A stretch of 64,000 nt of DNA from Candidatus Nanohaloarchaea archaeon (GCA_042218075.1 JBDGRK010000005.1:68716-132715), one strand, 5' to 3'; positions 1-8,454 are shown, counted from the stretch's first letter. Numbers and translations: made by a program. Notes: generated by a model from the letters alone, not told the origin.

Positions 1-1341
1 TCTGGATGCGTGGACTGTATCTCCCTGGAGGTAGACATCAAGCCAGAATGCTCCTCTTGTTCCTGTCTGGATATCTAGATCGGTTGGCTCACCGTTAATC
101 ACGTAATCGAAGCCATCCCCATCCCTGTAGTAGCTCTCCACCAGTGCCTTAGTGCCGTTTTCACCTCCTATCTCTTCATCGCCAGATATCATCAACACGG
201 CTCTACCGTCAAAGTTTGGATCTCTCCTGAGGTCGACGAATGCCTTCATCATGGCCGCCACCTCGGCCTTCATATCCGTTGCTCCACGGCCGTAAAGCTT
301 TCCATCCAGAACTGTGGGATCAAACGGATCAGTTACCTCCCAACCCACTCCAGGTTCAACAACATCGAGGTGACCGTTGAAGCAGACGGAAGTGCACCCG
401 TTTCCTATCTCGGCCGTGAGGCTCTTTACACCCTGGATGTCGTGTATATCTGATTTTATCCCGTTTTCCTGCAGGTAACGCTCCATAGTTCTGAAGATTT
501 CGGGATCCTTCACCGGGGAGACTGTCTCCTGGCCTATCAGCTCTTTCGCAACATCCACAATATCTCTATCATCGGTTTCAAGCTCTTCCTCTCTGACTCT
601 GCGCCCCTTGTAGCCTATCTTGTGGGAGTAGCCCTTGGTTGACATCACTATTGGATAGAAATCTTCTTCCGCCCTGAGTTCTTCTCCCTCTTTCCTGGCG
701 AAGACCTCTCCCTCTTCAACTTTCTCGAAGTTCCTTGCTGTGAACTCGTAACCCGATCCCTTTTCCTCTCCGAATATGCTGAAAATATCCGGGTCGCTGA
801 CCCTGTAGTCCGCGTCTATAACACCTTCAGCAGCGAGGAAGTTCACCATGATATCATATGCGTTCTCCGCGGCTTCCTCTGAACCCGGCTTGCCGCATTC
901 CACTGAGATACCTCTCATGTAGTTCATCATGGTCTCCGGCATCCAGGAAAGATCCACCGCTGTATCCAGTCCGGAGTTCTTGACCAGATCTAGATCCCTC
1001 GGATCTATGAAGAAACCGAAAGGCGTGGGCTCTGACTCTGTGGAGTGGAAGTCAAGAACTTTAAGACCCTCTACTTCCTCAAGCAGTTCCGCAGCTAGCC
1101 TCTCCTCGTGTACATCGCTTTCAGGGTCTCCCGGGAAGCATCTGTTCAGGTCTTTCTCGATGTACCTTTCCCCCTCTTCCCTTGCCTCTTCATTCGCCAG
1201 AATAAACTTTACCGCTTTCTTCAGCTCGTGTTCCGACCGCTTCAGCTTCCTCATCGCCTTCAATCCGCAGTCCTCCACGCCGTGAACACATGCTATAAGC
1301 GCGTACTCCGGCTTACCCTCACCGAGAATTTCCACCTTCAT
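1..1341 (-). CDS. Fusion of succinylglutamate desuccinylase/aspartoacylase-like (M14) domain and M20 (DapE/ArgE-like) peptidase; runs off left edge
   Basis: Missing from the ORF track because there is no stop in the window. Manual translation from ATG 1341, which overlaps the upstream TGA: MKVEILGEGKPEYALIACVHGVE...DLNRCFPG...DFHST (M14-like), continuing in frame into FNGHLDVV, LYGRGATDMK, GDEEIGG, NGEPT, HAS (M20 motifs). Confidence 0.82.
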   Translation of the reverse strand, partial: MKVEILGEGKPEYALIACVHGVEDCGLKAMRKLKRSEHELKKAVKFILANEEAREEGERYIEKDLNRCFPGDPESDVHEERLAAELLEEVEGLKVLDFHSTESEPTPFGFFIDPRDLDLVKNSGLDTAVDLSWMPETMMNYMRGISVECGKPGSEEAAENAYDIMVNFLAAEGVIDADYRVSDPDIFSIFGEEKGSGYEFTARNFEKVEEGEVFARKEGEELRAEEDFYPIVMSTKGYSHKIGYKGRRVREEELETDDRDIVDVAKELIGQETVSPVKDPEIFRTMERYLQENGIKSDIHDIQGVKSLTAEIGNGCTSVCFNGHLDVVEPGVGWEVTDPFDPTVLDGKLYGRGATDMKAEVAAMMKAFVDLRRDPNFDGRAVLMISGDEEIGGENGTKALVESYYRDGDGFDYVINGEPTDLDIQTGTRGAFWLDVYLQGDTVHASR

Positions 1342-3176
1342 CAGACTCTCGCACCCTGATTCTCGCCGTATTCAGTTGCCGGCATAAGCCCAAGGACATC
1401 CTCCAGATGCGCCTCAAGATCTCCAGCGTATGATGGAGCCATCGCCCCTGCTGTATCCATAACATCTGAATCGTACACATCCCTGTAAATATCCATCCAT
1501 TTTTCCTCTTCGTCAAGTCCAGGGAGGGTCTCAGGATCTGAAGGATCTAAACCTTCTACCTCTTTCTCGAAAGCCTGCCTGATCTTTTCACCGTGAGGCA
1601 TAACTGCTGCCTTTGCAAGAGCAACCTGGTACTCGTCATCGTAGTTCTGTCTCGAGACTCTGTACTCGAATCCTCCTGTAGCTGGCTTGGGCCTTACATC
1701 GTGGTGGATGCCCGCCATATGGGCGATTGAGACGTTTCGCTTGTGGTATTCGTCTTTTCTCTCTTCGTCCATTCCCTTGAGGTCAACCTTTCCTCTGACT
1801 CTCTCAAGTTCCGGTTCCTGATCTGAACCGGAATTAACCACCTTTGTGAATTCAATATCGCCGTCTTCAATATATTCCGCCGGTGTCTTGGCATCATCTG
1901 GACTGAGAGCGAGGAGTGTTACATCTTCCAGCTCTAACTCCTCATCTCCGTAAAACTCGACATATTCCTCGTCAGGAGGCAGGACCCAGACCATGTGATG
2001 CTCTGTCATGTAGTGATCCATCATGTTCTCGAACTCTCCCATTTCTCTCTCCTCATCCAGTAGCTTTTCAATGAGAGTCCAGGGTGTTCCGACCCTGTCT
2101 TGCTTGTCTTCTCCTTCAATCTCTGAAATCACGTGCTGTGCGTAAGTGTCATGCTCCCAGTATACCTGGTTGACTGCGGTCCTGGAGGTTTCTCCCTCGT
2201 ATTCAACCTTTGTGTTCGAACTTACCGTTTCAAGACCTCTCTCGAACAGCATCCTGTAAACAATCTCGTCTGAGATTCTCTGGTCCAGATCAAGGTTGCC
2301 GTTCTCATCCGCAAAAAGTCCTGAAGTCAACTGTGTCGAGCCGCCGAACATGTTAAGAGCGACCTTCGGCCCGAATATCGTGGCCATGTAGTCGAAGTAG
2401 TACGGAACATCGGTGAAATGATCAAAGTACTGGTTCAGGAATGCAAGAGCCTCATCCCTCTCCCATTCCTCCAATTTACCTCTTTTAATTACATCTCTTC
2501 CATCTGTCTCATCCGGAACTTCTTCAGGATCTGTGAACTGCGGCGTCAGTCCTTCTTCAGCGTATTCCAGGGCAGGGAACTCTCTTTCAAGGTAATTCTT
2601 CGTGCCCTCCTTGAAGCTTTCAAGTATAGCCAGCAGAAGACCGAACTCTCCATCTTCAGTGACTCTCACTGCTCCGGAATCTATCTCCTGCTGGGCCCCA
2701 AGATCGAAGTCAATTTCGGGCGTGGAAACCGCTATATCCTGGTCCGAGTCCTCAGTTAAGTCAAGTTTTAGAGCCGCAGGTTTCTGCCCGCCATGACCTT
2801 TCTCAACTACTTTATCCAGTTCAAACTCAAATTCCTCTCCGTATTCATCGGTTCTCTCTCTTAACTCCGAGTCTATCTCGCTCCAGAGCTCCTCGTTCAG
2901 AATCTGCTGATAAACAGGTGAAAGAGGCATCACTCCCTCCTCATTTAAAATCGGATTCTCGCTCTCAATACCGATTCCGACTCCTTCCGAGGAAGAGGCA
3001 TCGACATTCGAATTTTCCTCATAGTTCTCTTCCCAGTCCTCAACAGCACTTTCTCTAAAATCATCGTAAGAAAGGGTTTCCTCTACCTGATCATCTTCTT
3101 CAAGCATCTCTTCCACTGTTTCATTCTCCGAATCTCGGCTTTGAGATTCCGAAACATTTGCTTGTGAAACTGACAT
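1341..3176 (-). CDS. Large acidic hypothetical protein (~611 aa)
   Basis: Long ORF with halophilic D/E-rich composition; ATG 3176 preceded by SD AGGTGA (3181-3186); no family recognised. Confidence 0.75.
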   Translation of the reverse strand: MSVSQANVSESQSRDSENETVEEMLEEDDQVEETLSYDDFRESAVEDWEENYEENSNVDASSSEGVGIGIESENPILNEEGVMPLSPVYQQILNEELWSEIDSELRERTDEYGEEFEFELDKVVEKGHGGQKPAALKLDLTEDSDQDIAVSTPEIDFDLGAQQEIDSGAVRVTEDGEFGLLLAILESFKEGTKNYLEREFPALEYAEEGLTPQFTDPEEVPDETDGRDVIKRGKLEEWERDEALAFLNQYFDHFTDVPYYFDYMATIFGPKVALNMFGGSTQLTSGLFADENGNLDLDQRISDEIVYRMLFERGLETVSSNTKVEYEGETSRTAVNQVYWEHDTYAQHVISEIEGEDKQDRVGTPWTLIEKLLDEEREMGEFENMMDHYMTEHHMVWVLPPDEEYVEFYGDEELELEDVTLLALSPDDAKTPAEYIEDGDIEFTKVVNSGSDQEPELERVRGKVDLKGMDEERKDEYHKRNVSIAHMAGIHHDVRPKPATGGFEYRVSRQNYDDEYQVALAKAAVMPHGEKIRQAFEKEVEGLDPSDPETLPGLDEEEKWMDIYRDVYDSDVMDTAGAMAPSYAGDLEAHLEDVLGLMPATEYGENQGARV

Positions 3177-3265
3177 TGTATCACCTTTCAATTAGGAAGT
3201 GCAGAAAGAGCGAATTCTTTTCATGGAGGCCCGCCCTTTCAACACTCCGGGTCGATGGGCCCCCT

Positions 3266-3355
3266 TCAAACGACTAAAATAATCAGCAGGATAGCGATAC
3301 CGCTGACCAGATTCACTGATCCCGGTTCAAAGTTTTCGGCCAGCGTTTCTAACAT
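3266..3355 (-). CDS. Putative Ile/Leu/Val-rich leader peptide (MLETLAENFEPGSVNLVSGIAILLIILVV)
   Basis: ATG about 21 nt after a TTTAAAT TATA-like box; 9 of the last 10 codons are I/L/V; followed by alternative GC-rich helices overlapping the downstream SD. Confidence 0.6.
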   Translation of the reverse strand: MLETLAENFEPGSVNLVSGIAILLIILVV

Positions 3356-3424
3356 ATTTGATGCATCCACAGCAAACATTTAAATAAGGTTTGACAGTAT
3401 TTTATGATCCCGAAATAGTAATAG

Positions 3425-4471
3425 CTATCCGGACCCTGTCTCCTCAAGATACTCCTTTCCCTCAGTGCAGTTTTCTCCAAATTTTTCCAGGTCAGTGTTT
3501 GCGCCACAGAGAGGCACCGCGACCTTTCTTCCCTCCAGATTCATGCCTAAATCTCTGCTGAAAAGCACAGCTGACGCAGCAACTGCTCCCGCAGGTTCAG
3601 TAACGACCTTCTGTCTCTCCGCCAGCATAGCTACAGTCGCCTTCACCTGTTCATCGGAAACATAGACCACTTCGTCGACAAGTTCCCTCATGTGCCCGGC
3701 GGGAAGATCTCCTACCCTTCTCGTAGCTATACCTTTCGCAACTGTGTCGACTGAATCTCTCTCGTACACCTTCTCCCGGTTGATAGTCTGCTTCGCGGAA
3801 CCGCACCCCTCTGTCTGTACACCGACAACTCTTGAATCAGGATTCAGGTGCTTTACTGCCGTAGCGACTCCACTTATTAGACCGCCGCCGCCGATGGCCA
3901 CAAAAACAGTGTTGAGTTCCGGGAACTGTTCCACCATCTCTTTTCCCAGTGTTCCCTGCCCTGCTATAACACCCGGATCATTGTATGGATGGACGAAGGT
4001 TAATCCCTGCTCCTTTTCCAGCTTTCTCGCATATTTCTTCGACTCCTCGAACTCCTCTCCATGGAGAACCACATCAGCACCGTAGCCGGAAGTAGCCTCA
4101 ACCTTCGCATCCGGGGTGTTCTCCGGCATCACTATCGTGGCTTCAACACCAAGCTCTCTGGCGGCGAGAGCAACTCCCTGCGCGTGGTTTCCTGAAGAAG
4201 CTGCGATCACTCCCCTCTCCTTATCTTCCCCGGAGAGCCGGGAAATCTTGTTGTAAGCTCCTCTAAGCTTGAAGGCCCCGGTCCTCTGGAAGTTTTCCAT
4301 CTTGAAACCTACTTTATCAGCTCCGGATTTCTCGGCGAAGGTTCTGGAGAAATCCATCGGAGTTTTCTTCGCGATTCCCTCAAGCCTTTCAGCTGCTCCT
4401 TTTACAGAGCTGTAGCTCACCAGTTCTTCGGATTTTGAAGTTTTCAGCGTTGCGTGGTCGTGTTTTGTCAT
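3425..4471 (-). CDS. ilvA: Threonine ammonia-lyase (threonine dehydratase), short form without C-terminal ACT domain
   Basis: KMENFQRTGAFKLRGA PLP-lysine motif, ASSGNHAQGVA, GGGGLISG; ATG 4471 preceded by SD GAGGTG. Confidence 0.92.
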   Translation of the reverse strand: MTKHDHATLKTSKSEELVSYSSVKGAAERLEGIAKKTPMDFSRTFAEKSGADKVGFKMENFQRTGAFKLRGAYNKISRLSGEDKERGVIAASSGNHAQGVALAARELGVEATIVMPENTPDAKVEATSGYGADVVLHGEEFEESKKYARKLEKEQGLTFVHPYNDPGVIAGQGTLGKEMVEQFPELNTVFVAIGGGGLISGVATAVKHLNPDSRVVGVQTEGCGSAKQTINREKVYERDSVDTVAKGIATRRVGDLPAGHMRELVDEVVYVSDEQVKATVAMLAERQKVVTEPAGAVAASAVLFSRDLGMNLEGRKVAVPLCGANTDLEKFGENCTEGKEYLEETGSG

Positions 4472-4517
4472 TTTGCGAAGCACCTCTTGGAGAATAATCT
4501 AAGAGAAAGCTCGATTT

Positions 4518-4640
4518 CTACCCAATAATACCGATAATCGAAATGATGGAAATAGATCCAGAAACTTCAGAAAAATCAGATAGAGTTGGGACTCCCGAAA
4601 CTTTACTCAGATTCAGTAGACCGAAGGATAAAGCGTCCAC
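4518..4640 (-). CDS. Putative Ile-rich leader peptide of ilvA (MDALSFGLLNLSKVSGVPTLSDFSEVSGSISIISIIGIIG)
   Basis: GTG start 22 nt after TTTATAAT (leaderless position); 7 Ile in the last 11 codons and none before; stop 46 nt upstream of the ilvA ATG. Confidence 0.68.
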   Translation of the reverse strand: MDALSFGLLNLSKVSGVPTLSDFSEVSGSISIISIIGIIG

Positions 4641-4701
4641 CCTTCATTGACGAACTCACAGAATTATAAAGAGAAATAAGAATTTAAAAAGGGAAGGGAG
4701 A

Positions 4702-5469
4702 TTACATTCCCATAGTTCCCTGAGAATCGACCTCATCTGTTTCCGGAGTTCGGTCTCGAACATAGCTATCTATAGATGTTCCCGGCATGTAGCCTCTTGA
4801 TTTAATGTACTCCTCTCTGGCTTCAACTATAACTTCATCCGGTATCTCAACATCTCTTCGAGCTTCTGGAGCCCCATCATACCTGTTAGCGGTTACAGCA
4901 TAGCGAGTATCTCCTTCGAGAAGCTGGGTTATCTGCCACTCATGAACCGGATTGATATTGCTCCCAGTGACTTCCTCAAGAAAGTTCTCATCATCTATAT
5001 CCGTCTCCTGCGCCAAGACCCTTATCATCTCCAAATCGTCCACACCAAGATATTCCTCCTCTTCAGGCACTCTATCTCCATAGATCAGAGAATCCGGCAT
5101 CTCATCTTTATAGATGAAATCTCCTTCTCCCGGATCCCACCATCTCTGATCTCTCGGATCCTGTCTGAACTCTACAGTCTCAGCACCACGATTATCAGTG
5201 CCGCTCTGAGTTTGAGTTATCACACCTCCATCGGTTCTTGCTTCATAACCCTCTTCTTCAAACATGAATTCTGAGGCGGTTTCCATATCGCTTTTCTCTT
5301 CCATGATAGAATCGTGGGGATGTTCTGTACTTGTACCGGGATCCCGGCTTTTAGCTTCATTCGGATTTGTGGGCGGAGATTCATCATGAAGAATTTCATG
5401 AACCCTGATGCCTTCTCTGAGTCTTTCATCCAATTCTTCCCTATTCTTGTACTGAGACTTACCCATCAT
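4702..5469 (-). CDS. Acidic hypothetical protein
   Basis: 255-aa ORF with halophilic composition; SD GGAGGTGA upstream. Confidence 0.7.
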   Translation of the reverse strand: MMGKSQYKNREELDERLREGIRVHEILHDESPPTNPNEAKSRDPGTSTEHPHDSIMEEKSDMETASEFMFEEEGYEARTDGGVITQTQSGTDNRGAETVEFRQDPRDQRWWDPGEGDFIYKDEMPDSLIYGDRVPEEEEYLGVDDLEMIRVLAQETDIDDENFLEEVTGSNINPVHEWQITQLLEGDTRYAVTANRYDGAPEARRDVEIPDEVIVEAREEYIKSRGYMPGTSIDSYVRDRTPETDEVDSQGTMGM

Positions 5470-5546
5470 CTCTCACCTCCTTCTACAGCTGTTTCCACGG
5501 ATTTTGAGTCGCGTTGCGTATGTTGGGTTTGGTTGTAGTTTGTCAT
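5466..5546 (-). CDS. 26-aa small ORF (MTNYNQTQHTQRDSKSVETAVEGGER) translationally coupled to the downstream gene
   Basis: Strong SD GAGGTGA before ATG 5546; its TGA overlaps the next ATG (ATGA). Confidence 0.45.
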   Translation of the reverse strand: MTNYNQTQHTQRDSKSVETAVEGGER

Positions 5547-5594
5547 AGAGTGTTCACCTCGAAATTGAGAAACGAGAAATGAACACTGCGCTTT

Positions 5595-5708
5595 TTACAG
5601 CAGCAGTGCCAGCAGAATCAAAAGTAGCAGTGAAAGTCCAAGATCAATTGAATCGGAAATCGAGAAAATAGCTGGAGCTCGTTTATCGCAATTCCAGAAC
5701 GCGTCCAC
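5595..5708 (-). CDS. Putative Leu-rich leader peptide (MDAFWNCDKRAPAIFSISDSIDLGLSLLLLILLALLL)
   Basis: GTG start with the same GTG-GAC-GCN opening as the ilvA leader; 11 Leu in the last 15 codons; stop lies inside a hairpin that competes with an SD-sequestering helix. Confidence 0.6.
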   Translation of the reverse strand: MDAFWNCDKRAPAIFSISDSIDLGLSLLLLILLALLL

Positions 5709-5750
5709 CTATAGTTAATGGCTCCATACTATTTCCCGTTTAATCAGTCT

Positions 5751-6098
5751 TTATAAATTCTTGAGGTTGGCAGTCGCACTGTGATGTCTGTCTTTGCCAT
5801 GCGCAGGATGCCTGTCTATTTCAGAATTTAGCAATCTTTCCGCTTTATTCACCTTTTTGGCATCTTCAGGTTCAAGTTCTACATTTACATCTCTGAGTTT
5901 TATTTCAGCCAAATCCATCAAGTTATACATAGAATCAGAGGGTGTATCCTGGATAAGATCATTCAAATATTCAGCAGCTTCCTCCAGAGCGTCACTTTCA
6001 TATCTATCGGCAATAGTTTCGATGTCGGCAGTCGCTTCTCTGATATCGTCATATCTATCAAGAGCTTCCTTTGGGTAGACGACCATATTACTTATCAT
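5751..6098 (-). CDS. Hypothetical protein
   Basis: 115-aa acidic helical ORF. Confidence 0.6.
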   Translation of the reverse strand: MISNMVVYPKEALDRYDDIREATADIETIADRYESDALEEAAEYLNDLIQDTPSDSMYNLMDLAEIKLRDVNVELEPEDAKKVNKAERLLNSEIDRHPAHGKDRHHSATANLKNL

Positions 6099-6133
6099 TT
6101 CATACAGTTTTTAATACTTTTTGGTAACAACAA

Positions 6134-6823
6134 TCAGAACAATCCCTTCTTTTCTGTTTCTTCAATACCGTTATCTGTTATCTTGAACTGCTTTGACTTT
6201 CCCTCCGGCATCGAGCGGTGCTTCTCCACCTCTATCTCTCGAAGACCGCTATCGACTTTCGAAAGCTTCAGGAGACACTTCGACCAGTAGCGGGGAACAT
6301 CTCTCCCCACCAGCTCGATATCATCCTCGTCAAAGGAAGTGTAGACCTGGTTGGTGACAAGAGCAGGAATATCATTCTTCCTCGCCACCTTCGAAATCTC
6401 GGAGAGCTGCTGGGATAGCTTCTGGTTCATCTCCTGGACCTGGTCTCCCTGGGCCTGTAAGCGGTAGAGCGAAACCATCGAGTCAACTATAACTGCGGAA
6501 GCGTCTTCCTCCTCCGCTATCGATTCAAGAGAGTTGATAGCCTCCTGCTGCTGCCCGAAGTCGAGAGGCTCGTTTACCACCATGTTTTCCAGCGCTTCCT
6601 CAGAGGCGATCTGGCTGAACCGCTCCGCCGAAAAACCCTTCTCGGTATCGAGGTAGATGACCTTCTCGCCTTCCGAGGCCAGATGCGCCGCGACCTGGAC
6701 GCAGAAGTTGGTCTTCCCTGATCCCGACTCTCCGAATACATTGGTGATTATACCCTTCTCGAGCCCTCCTTTTAGGAAAGAGTCGATAGGCTCGCTTCCA
6801 GTAGATACACGTTCTACTTCCAC
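6134..6823 (-). CDS. radB: DNA repair and recombination protein RadB
   Basis: Walker A GESGSGKT, VIYLDTE, IVDS, NQVY, C-terminal KHR motif; lacks the RadA N-terminal domain. Confidence 0.92.
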   Translation of the reverse strand: MEVERVSTGSEPIDSFLKGGLEKGIITNVFGESGSGKTNFCVQVAAHLASEGEKVIYLDTEKGFSAERFSQIASEEALENMVVNEPLDFGQQQEAINSLESIAEEEDASAVIVDSMVSLYRLQAQGDQVQEMNQKLSQQLSEISKVARKNDIPALVTNQVYTSFDEDDIELVGRDVPRYWSKCLLKLSKVDSGLREIEVEKHRSMPEGKSKQFKITDNGIEETEKKGLF

Positions 6824-6873
6824 ACCCGAGCTTTCACTCGAAATCTTTTATCGGTGTGTGATAGAACTTTCAT

Positions 6874-7063
6874 ATGGGCTTAATAGAGGAGGAAGTTGAA
6901 GATAAGAATCAACTTGGAAAGGATAAATACTGAAATTGGCGAGTATTCAATAGCTGTAGAAGCACTTATTTTTGATCTCGAAGGTGATCGGATTCTGATG
7001 GAAGAAGGATCCGGATGTTGAGACGAAGTTGATAAATTGGAAGTTATTGCCGCCTGTTATTGA
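6874..7063 (+). pseudogene. Possible degraded gene fragment (NUDIX-like N-terminus)
   Basis: Broken frames read ...YSIAVEALIFDLEGDRILMEEGSGC*DEVDKLE, with stops and a frameshift; adjacent to a low-GC cassette. Confidence 0.25.
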
Positions 7064-7701
7064 ACCTGTTTAATGTCTGCTTCAGTATCTCCTGATAGTT
7101 TCTGAACTTCCATATTCCATGCGACCGATTTGAAAATCTCTCCACTATCTAACTCATAATTTGTTAAAGCGTCCCTAAGAGCTTCTTGATATTCTTGTTG
7201 AGATCTCCCATATGCTTCTTTAGCAGTTTTGCCTTTCAATAGAGAGATAGGAACTTGGTTCGAGGGATAAAGACAAAGTTCAGCGACTTTATCCTCCAAA
7301 GGTTTTGTCGTTTTTTTAGTTTGTATAATGAAGTTAAACTTATCCTCATAGCCTATATATGCTTTAGCCCCGTTTTCCACACAAGAGGGCCCCAGTTCTT
7401 TCGCTGAACTACAAGTTCGTGCATATACAATTTTGTCTTTTGTTAAGTCTTCATTATCATTTTTTTGTAGCATTGGCTCTTCATCTTCGCCTTCAACGCA
7501 TGTTGTTGATCCATGACCATTTAGAACCATCAAATCCGCGTTATTAGATTCAATGTAACTTTCAAAGTTATTTCTATTTGGATTTTCAATATCAAGAACT
7601 TTAACACCAAGGTTGTTGGCCATCGAAATTATTTTTTGACTCCAAGCACTCGCATATGCGGTTGTTTTATCGTATTGTGGTAGAGTAACCAGTAATTCCA
7701 T
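7057..7701 (-). CDS. Putative caspase/gingipain-fold (clan CD) cysteine protease-like protein
   Basis: Hydrophobic strand + NGHGS and IVYARTC, matching His-Gly...Cys dyad spacing; AYIGY strand; AT-rich gene. Confidence 0.55.
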   Translation of the reverse strand: MELLVTLPQYDKTTAYASAWSQKIISMANNLGVKVLDIENPNRNNFESYIESNNADLMVLNGHGSTTCVEGEDEEPMLQKNDNEDLTKDKIVYARTCSSAKELGPSCVENGAKAYIGYEDKFNFIIQTKKTTKPLEDKVAELCLYPSNQVPISLLKGKTAKEAYGRSQQEYQEALRDALTNYELDSGEIFKSVAWNMEVQKLSGDTEADIKQVQ

Positions 7702-7704
7702 TAC

Positions 7705-7905
7705 CTACTTCACTTCTTTAAATTTTCTTAGAGCGTTCAACTCCCTTCTAGTGGCCATTTCTCCAACTTCTGATTGTTTTTCTACCTCATTTATTAGCTC
7801 CTCTTTATTAAATGACCCATGACCACCGATAGATAGCTCAAGATGCTCTGGCATAGACTTTAGTCGTTCTTTTGTCAGTTTGATTTCATCAGTAGAAAAA
7901 TTCAC
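7705..7905 (-). CDS. Small hypothetical protein
   Basis: 66 aa, GTG start with GGGAAGGA upstream, operonic with its neighbours. Confidence 0.65.
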   Translation of the reverse strand: MNFSTDEIKLTKERLKSMPEHLELSIGGHGSFNKEELINEVEKQSEVGEMATRRELNALRKFKEVK

Positions 7906-7916
7906 TTTTCCTTCCC

Positions 7917-8129
7917 CTAGATAATTTCTTGTTCAATTAGTTTTTTACCGGTTTTCTTGCCTAGAGGAGTTTTATTTTCAATATTTCTTCTCGCCATATG
8001 CCAGTTTATAGGTTCATCGTTTATTATGACTACAGTTTTATCTCGTTCTTCCGGCGGCAAATTGGTGTAAACATCCATAAACCGGGAAAGCGGGTATTCG
8101 GGTGTTTCCTCGTTGTTTTCAGCTCTCAT
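7917..8129 (-). CDS. Small hypothetical protein
   Basis: 70 aa, first gene of an AT-rich three-gene cassette. Confidence 0.65.
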   Translation of the reverse strand: MRAENNEETPEYPLSRFMDVYTNLPPEERDKTVVIINDEPINWHMARRNIENKTPLGKKTGKKLIEQEII

Positions 8130-8454
8130 AATGGTTCTCGCAAGCTTATTCGAAGTTTTCCCTCTCCCCTAAACTAGGTTTTCTAGAGCTTGTATAAAAA
8201 GCTCCATTATTAATATACCTTTCAGTAACTTTTATCATATCTTCACTAATACACATCTGTTCTAATCCTTGTGATTGAAGTATTTCCAGATAAATTCTTA
8301 ATTTTCCTCCATATTCCATACGTAAATTGATTCACTGATTTCAAAAGCTTCCAGAACTACCAGAAATATCTGTCTCAGAAATGCATACTATAGATCGAAT
8401 TTTTTACTCACGTCAATAAAAAAAGGTTTAAATGTTGGAGTTGCAAGTGAAGAT

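Noticed and set aside
4603-4647. Alternative 14-codon uORF MKGGRFILRSTESE
   Set aside because: The ATG is too close to the TATA box to be in the transcript and has no informative codon bias; the GTG frame sits at the expected start
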